Made by a program: the position numbers and the translations under genes. Below, piece by piece: positions 10,210 to 17,914 of a stretch of DNA of 64,000 nucleotides. The notes under the pieces were generated by a model. It had not been told where the DNA came from. It did no database searches and saw only the letters and a list, made by a program, of their open reading frames with translations. The stretch is from Patescibacteria group bacterium. Lineage in GTDB: Bacteria; Patescibacteriota; Patescibacteriia; UBA1558; UBA10009. The stretch's first letter is position 1, and every line of letters begins with the position of its first letter. The DNA lies in NCBI GenBank assembly GCA_041662565.1, contig JBAZSE010000001.1:65084-129083 (forward strand), in the 5' to 3' direction.

Positions 10210-11154
10210 ATGGCTAATAAAATAAACGATCTCTTAACTCAATTCCTGGAATATCTGGAAATTGAAAAAAACCGCTCGCAGCTAACCGTGCGGAATTATG
10301 ATTTTTATTTAAAAAGATTTTTAGAATTTGCCAAAGTAGAAAATCCCCAAGCCATTGATTTGGAAAAAGTTAGGCAATTCCGCCTGTATCTAAATCGTTT
10401 AGTAGTTAAAGGCAAGACCTTAAAAAAATCTACCCAAAATTACCACATCATTGCGTTGAGAAGTTTTTTAAAGTTTTTAGCTAGGCGAGATATTAAAACA
10501 CTGGCGCCGGAAAAATTGGAATTGGCTAAAATTGGTGAACGGTCGGTGGATTTTTTGGATGGTGGCGATTTGGAAAGAATTTTAGAGATGCCTTTAAAAG
10601 GCACGGCGCCCCAAATTATCAAGTTGCGGGATAAAGCCATTTTGGAACTATTGTTTTCTACGGGTTTGCGTGTTTCGGAACTGGCAAATTTAAAAATAAG
10701 TTCCATCAATTTAAAACGGGATGAGTTTACGGTACGAGGTAAGGGCGATAAGCCCCGAGTGGTTTTTATTTCCAATCAGGCCAGGCACGCGCTTAAGGAA
10801 TATTTAGAAGCCAGGCATGATTTAGAAAGTTGGATGTTTATCGGCCATGATAGGGCGGCTAATCAAAGAACTAAAGATAAAGAGAAAAAAGATCATCCAT
10901 TAACATCTCGTTCCGTTCAGCGCTTGGTTGAAAAATATTCAACTGCGGCTGGCTTAACCAAGCATGTTACGCCCCATACTTTAAGGCATTCTTACGCTAC
11001 CGATTTATTAATGAACGGCGCGGATATCAGAAGTGTTCAGGCCATGCTGGGGCATGCTTCTATTACCACCACGCAAATTTATACTCATATTACTAATAAG
11101 CAGTTGCGGGAAGTACATCAGGCGTTTCATGGTAAAACCAGGGGAGATAATTAA
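10210..11154 (+). CDS. XerC/XerD-family tyrosine recombinase
   Basis: SAM-like N-domain; catalytic R (GLRVSEL), HxxR (HTLRH), H/Y (LGHASITTTQIY). Confidence 0.93.
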   Translation: MANKINDLLTQFLEYLEIEKNRSQLTVRNYDFYLKRFLEFAKVENPQAIDLEKVRQFRLYLNRLVVKGKTLKKSTQNYHIIALRSFLKFLARRDIKTLAPEKLELAKIGERSVDFLDGGDLERILEMPLKGTAPQIIKLRDKAILELLFSTGLRVSELANLKISSINLKRDEFTVRGKGDKPRVVFISNQARHALKEYLEARHDLESWMFIGHDRAANQRTKDKEKKDHPLTSRSVQRLVEKYSTAAGLTKHVTPHTLRHSYATDLLMNGADIRSVQAMLGHASITTTQIYTHITNKQLREVHQAFHGKTRGDN

Positions 11155-11186
11155 AAATAATAATTAATTTTGTAGGGAGAATTAAG

Positions 11187-11224
11187 AAAAAAAAGAGGGG
11201 ATCAACGCGTGTTGATCCCCTTTT
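11187..11224. terminator. Bidirectional terminator
   Basis: aggggatcaac-gcgt-gttgatcccct hairpin flanked by A/T tracts. Confidence 0.75.
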
Positions 11225-11286
11225 GAGTTAAGTTAAGCTGAGCTTAATGAACTCGAAGTTAAATCTCCTCCAAAGATGGTTTGTGA

Positions 11287-11685
11287 TCAGGCCGTGGCTG
11301 ATCGTTGTTGTAAGCAGCTCCATAAGAGACGTAGTCCCTGGCTGGTACTTTGCCACATGCCATCTGGTATTGGATACCAGTCAATCGGCTGCATGCCATG
11401 GTATATGGTAAAAAATCCTAGAGGCAGTCCAGCCAAAGCCTCAATTGGCAATCTCGCGTACGTTTGTAGATAGAGTATCCCCCCGGGATGTTGAGCAACG
11501 AATTCGGCGATTGCTTTCGCGTCGCCACACTCCTCTTCAGTGACGTATTGGATGTTTACCTGGCCGTAGATCTGCTCCAGTAGCGCCGCCTGAATTGGTG
11601 GCACCTTATTGCCTAGCCAGAAGACGTTCTTACCGGCAGACATAGCCATCCTCCGTGCGGAAGTAGTGCGATTTAGCGCGGTCAC
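11287..11685 (-). CDS. Hypothetical protein (start uncertain, possibly 11643)
   Basis: ORF only; overlaps the stop of the upstream minus-strand gene. Confidence 0.5.
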   Translation of the reverse strand: MTALNRTTSARRMAMSAGKNVFWLGNKVPPIQAALLEQIYGQVNIQYVTEEECGDAKAIAEFVAQHPGGILYLQTYARLPIEALAGLPLGFFTIYHGMQPIDWYPIPDGMWQSTSQGLRLLWSCLQQRSATA

Positions 11686-12358
11686 AGTGGGCTTTGCTCA
11701 TAGCCGCTAAGGCCGCTTTGTTAAACCGTACCTGCGATGGGGGTAGGTCTAACTTTTTAGGGAGTACTTTGCCTATGCACTCTCCATGAGTTTGCGGTTT
11801 AGATCCGATGAACTCTTTTTCGCACAGATCACACTGCCAAGTAGGAACCACCTTGATCGTAGGCCACCTAAAAGAGTTGACCCAGGCGTTTTGTCCCTCT
11901 TGCACAATGGCGTGTTCGACGAAGGTCAAGAGTGACCCCTGAGCTCTTACTAAGCCGACTGAATTAACAGCCTCAAAGTGGGCGTGAATACCTTGGGTCT
12001 CATCTTCTGTTGTAACAGCACAAGAGGGCTTAAGAGCTTTACCGTGGCTGTCACAGACGATTACTACGCCTTTCCCATTTTTGATCCCATCGATTTCTTG
12101 GGCGTAGAAGAAGAGTTCATCACACCTTCTATTGAAGGGTAATGGGAAGAGAGGGGCATCTCCCTTCCAATATTGCGGTTGGATCAGGGCGAATGATAAG
12201 ATCACATCATCATTTTCCAGCCGATCCTTTTTTGGCTTAAAGCCTTGTCTTTCGAGCTTTTCTATCCATGGCAGAATGTCCTCTCTGCCGCTGAATTTAA
12301 GACGGACGCCTACACTTGGAATTTCCATTGAATTTCCTTGTTTTTGTTGATGCCGCAT
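11630..12358 (-). CDS. Hypothetical protein with Cys/His motifs (CxxC...HxxC...HC)
   Basis: 242-aa ORF; own promoter near 12500-12526; likely start at MEIPS. Confidence 0.6.
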   Translation of the reverse strand: MRHQQKQGNSMEIPSVGVRLKFSGREDILPWIEKLERQGFKPKKDRLENDDVILSFALIQPQYWKGDAPLFPLPFNRRCDELFFYAQEIDGIKNGKGVVIVCDSHGKALKPSCAVTTEDETQGIHAHFEAVNSVGLVRAQGSLLTFVEHAIVQEGQNAWVNSFRWPTIKVVPTWQCDLCEKEFIGSKPQTHGECIGKVLPKKLDLPPSQVRFNKAALAAMSKAHCDRAKSHYFRTEDGYVCR

Positions 12359-12617
12359 TTTGCCGCGACTGGCGCATACTCATAGTTTGTTGAGCAGCGT
12401 TTTGGCGATTTTTAAGCAAAAATAACCACAACACTGCCCAACAAAAACGCTGAAAATGTAGATTTTAAAGAATTGTTAAAGGACTATAAAACAATAAATC
12501 ATAGCAAAAACAGGGTTGTTTGTCAATAATGGGCTTGACTTATGCCAATAAATCTGGTATTTTGGGTAAAGTTATTTTACAGTATAGCAGGGTCAAAGTT
12601 TAAGCCCTACAAAATGA

Positions 12618-12692
12618 GCCCCGGTAGTTCAACGGATAGAATAGGAGACTTCTAATCTCTAGATCCAAGTTCGATTCTTGGCCGGGGCACCA
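12618..12692 (+). tRNA. tRNA-Arg(UCU)
   Basis: Acceptor GCCCCGG/CCGGGGC, anticodon loop CT-TCT-AA, T-loop TTCGATT, encoded CCA. Confidence 0.95.
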
Positions 12693-12734
12693 GGACGTAA
12701 AATGCGTCCCGTAGAACGGGACTGCATCACGTCC
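12693..12734. repeat. Long imperfect hairpin abutting tRNA-Arg CCA
   Basis: GGACGT-aaa-ATGC-GTCCCGT-aga-ACGGGAC-t-GCAT-c-ACGTCC. Confidence 0.8.
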
Positions 12735-12761
12735 TTGCAGAGAAAATAAAAGAAAAGCGAT

Positions 12762-13037
12762 ATGTATTACGTTTACGTTTTACAGAGTTTTAAGGATTCT
12801 TCATTATATACCGGTTTTACTGTTAATTTACAACGTCGATTTTTTGAACATAATAACGGTTTAAGTCAGGCGACTAAATATTTAAGGCCATGGAAATTAA
12901 TTTATTATGAAGCTTATTGTTTAGAAAACGATGCCAAAGGTAGAGAGGTATTTTTAAAAAGCGGTTCGGGTAAAAAATATTTGGATAAACAATTGAAAAA
13001 TTATTTTAATTCTAAGCCAAGAAAGAAAATTGTTTAA
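12762..13037 (+). CDS. Stand-alone GIY-YIG nuclease (small, UPF0213/SLX1-like)
   Basis: YYVYVL...LYTG...RR..EHN...W.LIYYE...A..RE..LK. Confidence 0.92.
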   Translation: MYYVYVLQSFKDSSLYTGFTVNLQRRFFEHNNGLSQATKYLRPWKLIYYEAYCLENDAKGREVFLKSGSGKKYLDKQLKNYFNSKPRKKIV

Positions 13038-13081
13038 TCTTGGTAAAACTCACTTGGGTGGTCATTTTAAGCTATGGCCCG

Positions 13082-13116
13082 CCACGTGAGTTTCACGAAG
13101 TGAAACTTTTACGTGG
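13082..13116. repeat. Long imperfect hairpin (GAA loop) overlapping tRNA-His 5' end
   Basis: CCACGT-GAGTTTCAC-gaa-GTGAAACTT-tt-ACGTGG. Confidence 0.8.
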
Positions 13117-13190
13117 TGCCTATGGTGTAATGGTTAACACAGCGGTTTGTGGTACCGCTAATATGAGTTCAATTCTCATTAGGCACCCCA
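13115..13190 (+). tRNA. tRNA-His(GUG) including G-1
   Basis: 8-bp acceptor GGTGCCTA/TAGGCACC, anticodon loop TT-GTG-GT, encoded CCA. Confidence 0.95.
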
Positions 13191-13328
13191 TATGTAAGAA
13201 CAGCCCTAAAAAGGCTGTTTTTGCTTTTAGGTTAGCGAAGAAACGGAGTTTTCAGAGAGTTGGTTTTTAGCCCTACTCTTAGTAGGTATAGTTGGTAAAG
13301 TATTAATATTTTGTGTAATATTAGGAAA
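13184..13328 (+). repeat. Repeat A copy 1 (tRNA-His 3' end, terminator, promoter-like segment)
   Basis: caccccatatgtaagaacagccctaaaaaggctgtttttgctttta is identical at 15347 and 17749; similarity continues about 100 bp further. Confidence 0.95.
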
Positions 13329-13335
13329 GAATAAT

Positions 13336-14295
13336 ATGCAGAAAAAAATAAAAATAACCAGACCAAAGCCTTTTGAATGGGTAGGAGCTAAATTTAATAT
13401 AATGGGTAAAGTCCCAAAAGCTTGGCTAGAAACAAGTTTTGGAATTCAGACCAGCCTTTATTTTGATCTAATTGATATTAAAGGAAGGACTGTTATGGGC
13501 ACCTCAATTAATTTTGAAAAGATTAAAAAGAATGGATGGTTTTCAATATTTGATGATAGAATATATTTTTCATCAACCTTTCAGTTTTCAGGACTTAGCG
13601 TTGGATGGATTAAGGAATCGCAAGGTAGAATGACTATTAAATTAAGCGGCCAGAATGCACAAGAGCAATGCATTTATATCCCAGTTATTGTAAAACAATT
13701 TGAACCTAAAGAAGGTGTTGATTCTGAAATTAAAAATAAGCATGGAAAAATAGGTGTAATGATAAAGCAATATGAAGAGGATTTAAAAATTTATTATCAG
13801 GAACTAGAGAAAATTGAAAAAAGACGTTTAAAGAAAAATGAAATCTCCGAGGAAGATTGGCGAAAGGGGTTTCAATATATACATAATTGGGATGTTATAG
13901 GGGGAGTCTTGGAAATTTTAGACCAAGCTGAAAGTTTTAATAAGGAATATCCATTTATTCAAGAGGATTTAGAAGAAAGACAGTTGACTGAAAAATACAA
14001 AGAAGCACTTGAGTGGCAAGGTCCTTTATTACATGGCTTAATTTCCAAAATGGATGGCTTTGAGTTTAGAATATACAGTAATGATCATGGTCAGCATTTT
14101 CACGTTATTCATAACTCTAAAGGTATTAATGCTCGTTTTTCTTTCCCTGAAATTAAACTTATAGATTATAAGTCTACTAAGACTAGCATAAATCGTAGGG
14201 AACAGGATAGGATAATTGATTTTTTTAGAAATCCAGAAATATTTAAAAAGTTAGAAATGGAGTTTCAAAGAAGGGATCAATTTAAAAACATTTAA
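13336..14295 (+). CDS. Hypothetical protein with C-terminal DUF4160-like domain
   Basis: C-terminus GFEFRIYSNDHGQHFHV...ARF resembles DUF4160; N-terminus weakly Ig/Gmad2-like. Confidence 0.6.
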   Translation: MQKKIKITRPKPFEWVGAKFNIMGKVPKAWLETSFGIQTSLYFDLIDIKGRTVMGTSINFEKIKKNGWFSIFDDRIYFSSTFQFSGLSVGWIKESQGRMTIKLSGQNAQEQCIYIPVIVKQFEPKEGVDSEIKNKHGKIGVMIKQYEEDLKIYYQELEKIEKRRLKKNEISEEDWRKGFQYIHNWDVIGGVLEILDQAESFNKEYPFIQEDLEERQLTEKYKEALEWQGPLLHGLISKMDGFEFRIYSNDHGQHFHVIHNSKGINARFSFPEIKLIDYKSTKTSINRREQDRIIDFFRNPEIFKKLEMEFQRRDQFKNI

Positions 14296-14309
14296 TGATT
14301 AATAAATTT

Positions 14310-14410
14310 TTAATCCTTCTAGCCACTTAAATTCAATCCTTTCCCGATAAACTTTAATATCCCGCATCATAGAACTGACAAGCTTACCTTTACCCAAGCT
14401 GTCAGCTTTT
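14310..14410 (-). pseudogene. Repeat B copy 1; probable relic of a large serine recombinase 3' end
   Basis: Minus strand reads KKADSLGKGKLVSSMMRDIKVYRERIEFKWLEGL; differs from copy 2 mostly at synonymous third positions. Confidence 0.55.
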
Positions 14411-14444
14411 TTGACTTATTTTTCATAAGTTGTATATTTAATCT

Positions 14445-15308
14445 ATGAAGCAGGGTCAAAAATTAAGTATTATTTTAATTGTCGCTATTTTTTTAGGCAG
14501 TTTTTTAATTGTTAGTAATGTTTTTGCTCACCGTTCTGGCTGCCATCGTTGGCATTCCTGTCCATCAGACACCGGTTCATATACATGTGGTGATGCTGGC
14601 CATCCGTGTTTATATCCAACTTACCCTGCAAACGGCGGAGTAATTTATCCCCCCAGTGGTTACTATAAGGATTGCTATGACTGTCCATTAAAAAAGGTGC
14701 CAGACAATGCCTATACTACAGGAATCAGCTACTCTTGCATTAGTGGTTATAAAAAAGTAGGAGAAGCATGTGAAAAAGTTATTGCACCCGCAAATGCTTA
14801 CGTTTCAGGCTCTAATTGGTATTGCAATTTAGGATACAGAGAAGTTGGTAATTCTTGTGAAAAAGTAATCGCCCCAGCTAATGCTTATGTTTCAGGCTCT
14901 AATTGGTATTGCAAGAGTGGGTATAGAGAGGTGGGTAATACATGTCAAAAAGTTATTGCACCCGCAAATGCTTATGTTAGTGGTGCCTATTGGTACTGCA
15001 ACAATGGTTATAAGGAAGTTGGTAATAGTTGCCAAAAAGTAATCGCCCCAGCTAATGCTTATGTTTCAGGCTCTAATTGGTATTGTAAAAGTGGGTATAG
15101 AGAGGTGGGTAATACATGTCAAAAAGTAATCGCCCCACCCAACGCATATGTGTCCGGGGCGTACTGGTATTGTAACAACGGATATAGAGAAGTTGGTAAT
15201 TCTTGTGAAAAAGTTATTGCACCCGCAAATGCTTACGTTTCAGGAGCTAATTGGTATTGTAAGAGTGGGTATAGAGAAGTTGGCAATTCTTGTCAGCCAA
15301 TACAGTAA
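14445..15308 (+). CDS. Secreted Cys-rich repeat protein with His/Cys-rich N-terminal motif
   Basis: Signal peptide, AHRSGCHRWHSC, then six 29-aa repeats CxKVIAPANAYVSGxxWYCxxGYREVGNx. Confidence 0.85.
   Translation: MKQGQKLSIILIVAIFLGSFLIVSNVFAHRSGCHRWHSCPSDTGSYTCGDAGHPCLYPTYPANGGVIYPPSGYYKDCYDCPLKKVPDNAYTTGISYSCISGYKKVGEACEKVIAPANAYVSGSNWYCNLGYREVGNSCEKVIAPANAYVSGSNWYCKSGYREVGNTCQKVIAPANAYVSGAYWYCNNGYKEVGNSCQKVIAPANAYVSGSNWYCKSGYREVGNTCQKVIAPPNAYVSGAYWYCNNGYREVGNSCEKVIAPANAYVSGANWYCKSGYREVGNSCQPIQ
14769..15290 (+). repeat. Six tandem 87-bp coding repeats
   Basis: Units start every 87 bp from 14769. Confidence 0.95.
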
Positions 15309-15330
15309 CATTTTATGAAAAAAAATAACC

Positions 15331-15346
15331 AACGATATCGATAAGC
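15331..15346 (+). repeat. Repeat C copy 1 (aacgatatcgataagc)
   Basis: Matches aacaatatcgataagc at 17733-17748; both directly precede cacccca. Confidence 0.85.
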
Positions 15347-15492
15347 CACCCCATATGTAAGAACAGCCCTAAAAAGGCTGTTTTTGCTTTTATCTTAGGC
15401 AAGAAATGGAGTTTTCAGATAGTTGGTTTTCAGCACCACCTTTAGTAGGTATAGCTGGTAAACTTTAAGTATTTTGTGTAAGATTAGGGAAG
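15347..15492 (+). repeat. Repeat A copy 2
   Basis: Direct repeat of 13184-13328. Confidence 0.95.
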
Positions 15493-15510
15493 AAATATTA
15501 ATTAAAATTT

Positions 15511-16344
15511 ATGGATCTACCTTTCTCTTTAAGGTTTTTAAAAAAGATTGAATTATTTCAAGTTTTAAAAAAATTAGATAAGCAATTTAAAAGACAGCTG
15601 GAAATAAATAATGGCACGGTGCCATTATGGATGGGCGAGAAAAAATTTTTGTACTGGAGTTATTTACAGCATAAACATTTAGGTAGTCCTATAATGATTG
15701 ATGCTATTAGGAGCAAGAAATCTTATTTTTTGAAGCAATTTGAACATCGCGGTGCCGAGATGGAAGAAAAAAGAAATAAATTATTAAAAATTAACTCTGA
15801 TAGATTAGAAAAAAATTATAGTAAAATTTTAAAAACCCTTAATCTATCACATGAATATATTGAAATTCAGGCTGCTAATATTGGAAATATGAAAACCAGT
15901 TTTGGTTTTACGGCAAAAGAAATTGATGCGTTAGGTGTAAGACCAATTTTTGGTAACCTTGTTAGTAGAGGGTATGCTGTTTATTATCCCAATACGCAAG
16001 AAGAATTTAATCATTTTTCGGGGGGCAATAATAATAGTGTAGGGGAGGCTATATATAAAGACGTAGTCTCTGATCAATCAAATTGCGAAGGCATTATTAT
16101 CACTTCAGATGGCTTGTTAATGGGCGAACTAATTAGTGAACTGTACAGTATTAGAATGAGTATAAAAAAATCTTTATATAATAAATTGACTGGCTCTAAA
16201 TGTGAATTAATGATAAATAATTTTTGGTGGGGGCTTTATCAGTCATTAATTATTATAAGTTACTTAGCTTTATTTTTAGTTTGTTATTTAATTATTAGAG
16301 AATTTATTCAGGAATTATATTACTTAATCCTTCCCTCCATTTAA
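15511..16344 (+). CDS. Hypothetical protein with C-terminal transmembrane segment
   Basis: 277-aa ORF; hydrophobic C-terminus; stop codon lies inside repeat B copy 2. Confidence 0.65.
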   Translation: MDLPFSLRFLKKIELFQVLKKLDKQFKRQLEINNGTVPLWMGEKKFLYWSYLQHKHLGSPIMIDAIRSKKSYFLKQFEHRGAEMEEKRNKLLKINSDRLEKNYSKILKTLNLSHEYIEIQAANIGNMKTSFGFTAKEIDALGVRPIFGNLVSRGYAVYYPNTQEEFNHFSGGNNNSVGEAIYKDVVSDQSNCEGIIITSDGLLMGELISELYSIRMSIKKSLYNKLTGSKCELMINNFWWGLYQSLIIISYLALFLVCYLIIREFIQELYYLILPSI

Positions 16345-16440
16345 ACTCAATCCTATTAAACTCAATCCTATCCCGATAAACTTTAATCTCCTGCATCATG
16401 GAGCTGACAAGTTTGCCCTTGCCTAAGCCGTCAGATTTTT
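16324..16440 (-). pseudogene. Repeat B copy 2 with an in-frame 15-bp tandem duplication
   Basis: Minus strand reads KSDGLGKGKLVSSMMQEIKVYRDRIEF(NRIEF)KWREGL; ttaaactcaatccta is duplicated at 16341-16370. Confidence 0.55.
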
Positions 16441-16506
16441 ACATAATATTTACATATATATTTCATTGTGATATAATAAATATGCTGAATTTAAAGGGGT
16501 ATATGG

Positions 16507-16542
16507 ATGTATTATTACATAATATTTAATGTATTATTACAT
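16507..16542. promoter_or_regulatory. Tandem palindromic operator-like boxes upstream of Fic gene
   Basis: ATGTATTATTACAT at 16507 and 16529, 22 bp apart. Confidence 0.5.
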
Positions 16543-16568
16543 ATTAAAAGGACAATTTTTACAAATAT

Positions 16569-17723
16569 ATGGAGCCAAAATTCATAGATTTCCCATTGAG
16601 GTTAATTGAGCCATCTTTTAATTCAAGTTTAGTAGATACTATAATTGAACTTGAAAGATTAAGATCTCCTAGGAGAATTAAAAGTAGGGTTAATTCTCGA
16701 GTATTTTTGCAATTAAAGGAAATTTTTCATACTTTAGAAAGTTTAGGATCTGTCCGTATAGAAGGAAATAATACAACTCTTTCGGATATTGTTGAAAAAA
16801 CGATTGACGGTACAATTCAGAAATCTCAGGAAGAAAATATTAAAGAATTTAAAAATAATCAAAAGGCTTTAAACTTTATTGAAGAAAATATTAAAGAAGG
16901 AACTATAATAACTAAAAGTTTTATATCTGAATTCCAGCGTTTAACAGTAGCAGATCTTGACCCATCCAAAGAGGGAGATTATGTGCCCGGACAATACAGA
17001 AATAAAGAAGTTAAAATCAAAAATTCATTGCATAAACCACCTTTACCCATTAAAGTTCCTGAGCTTATGGATGAATTATTATTGTTCATTAATAATCAAA
17101 GAGATCAAAAATATAAATTATTATCTACAGCGATAGTTCATCATCGTTTTGCTTGGATACACCCATTTAACAATGGCAATGGAAGAACGGTTAGGTTGTT
17201 AACTTATGCAATGTTGATGAGCCAAGGGTTTTCAGTTAACCGTCTTTTAAACCCGACAGCCGTTTTTTGCAATGATAGAAATATATATTATCAAATGCTA
17301 GCTGAGGCAGATAAAGGCACAGATCAGGGATTATTGAAATGGAGTGAATACGTATTGAATAATTTATTAGTAGAGATTAGAAAAATTGATAAATTATTGG
17401 ATTATGATTATTTAATACCAGAAATATTATTACCCACGCTTGATTATTCTTACGAAAGAAAAAATATTAACACGGAAGAATATTTGGTTTTAAAACTGGC
17501 AGTTCAACGCCAGGAAGTTAAAGCTGGCGATATTAATGAAGTTTTGAAAAAAAAGCATCATACTCAAGTTTCTTCAGTTATAAAAAAATTAAAACAAGAA
17601 GGTCTTTTAGTAGAAGCTCCGGGCAAAGTAAGGACTTATGTTATTTGTTTTAATAGTAATCATCTGTTGAGAGGAATAATTAATTTTTTAAGGAAAGGTG
17701 ATTTTATTGGTACTTTTGAATAA
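16569..17723 (+). CDS. Fic family protein (N-terminal inhibitory motif, probable C-terminal HTH)
   Basis: HPFNNGNGRTVR Fic motif; SVRIEGN inhibitory motif. Confidence 0.93.
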   Translation: MEPKFIDFPLRLIEPSFNSSLVDTIIELERLRSPRRIKSRVNSRVFLQLKEIFHTLESLGSVRIEGNNTTLSDIVEKTIDGTIQKSQEENIKEFKNNQKALNFIEENIKEGTIITKSFISEFQRLTVADLDPSKEGDYVPGQYRNKEVKIKNSLHKPPLPIKVPELMDELLLFINNQRDQKYKLLSTAIVHHRFAWIHPFNNGNGRTVRLLTYAMLMSQGFSVNRLLNPTAVFCNDRNIYYQMLAEADKGTDQGLLKWSEYVLNNLLVEIRKIDKLLDYDYLIPEILLPTLDYSYERKNINTEEYLVLKLAVQRQEVKAGDINEVLKKKHHTQVSSVIKKLKQEGLLVEAPGKVRTYVICFNSNHLLRGIINFLRKGDFIGTFE

Positions 17724-17732
17724 AAGTTTGCT

Positions 17733-17748
17733 AACAATATCGATAAGC
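17733..17748 (+). repeat. Repeat C copy 2
   Basis: aacaatatcgataagc directly before cacccca. Confidence 0.85.
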
Positions 17749-17892
17749 CACCCCATATGTAAGAACAGCCCTAAAAAGGCTGTTTTTGCTTTTATCTTAG
17801 GCAAGAAATGGAGTTTTCACAGAGTTGGTTTTCAGCACCACCCTTAGTGGGTATAGCTGGTTAAATTTTAATATTTTGTGTAAGATAAGAGA
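17749..17892 (+). repeat. Repeat A copy 3
   Basis: Direct repeat; closer to copy 2 than to copy 1. Confidence 0.95.
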
Positions 17893-17914
17893 GTTATTTA
17901 ATAAAAAATATAGC

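Larger units (their letters stand above)
13184..17748. mobile_element. Two tandem integrase-less modules at tRNA-His (13184-15346 and 15347-17748)
   Basis: Each begins with the tRNA 3' core cacccca and has the layout A-gene-B-gene-C; cargo is more AT-rich than the core genes. Confidence 0.7.

Noticed and set aside
10210-11154. Xer-like recombinase as the integrase of the tRNA-His modules
   Set aside because: It looks like an ordinary chromosomal XerC/D next to rpsO, about 2 kb outside the array. Action in trans cannot be excluded, but nothing in the sequence supports it.
12693-13114. Group I intron with homing endonuclease in a tRNA
   Set aside because: Both flanking tRNAs are complete and uninterrupted, and no intron core is visible.
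13040-13270. 76-aa ORF
   Set aside because: Overlaps tRNA-His and its terminator; spurious.
14769-15290. DGR template/variable repeats
   Set aside because: Differences are mostly synonymous and not adenine-specific; no reverse transcriptase in the window.
13184-17892. CRISPR array or classical integron
   Set aside because: Repeats are 16-145 bp separated by whole genes. No cas genes, no clear attC R-box pairs and no IntI-like integrase next to the array.
17825-17914. N-terminal extension of the P-type ATPase
   Set aside because: Lies in repeat A; ATG 17915 is the more plausible start.
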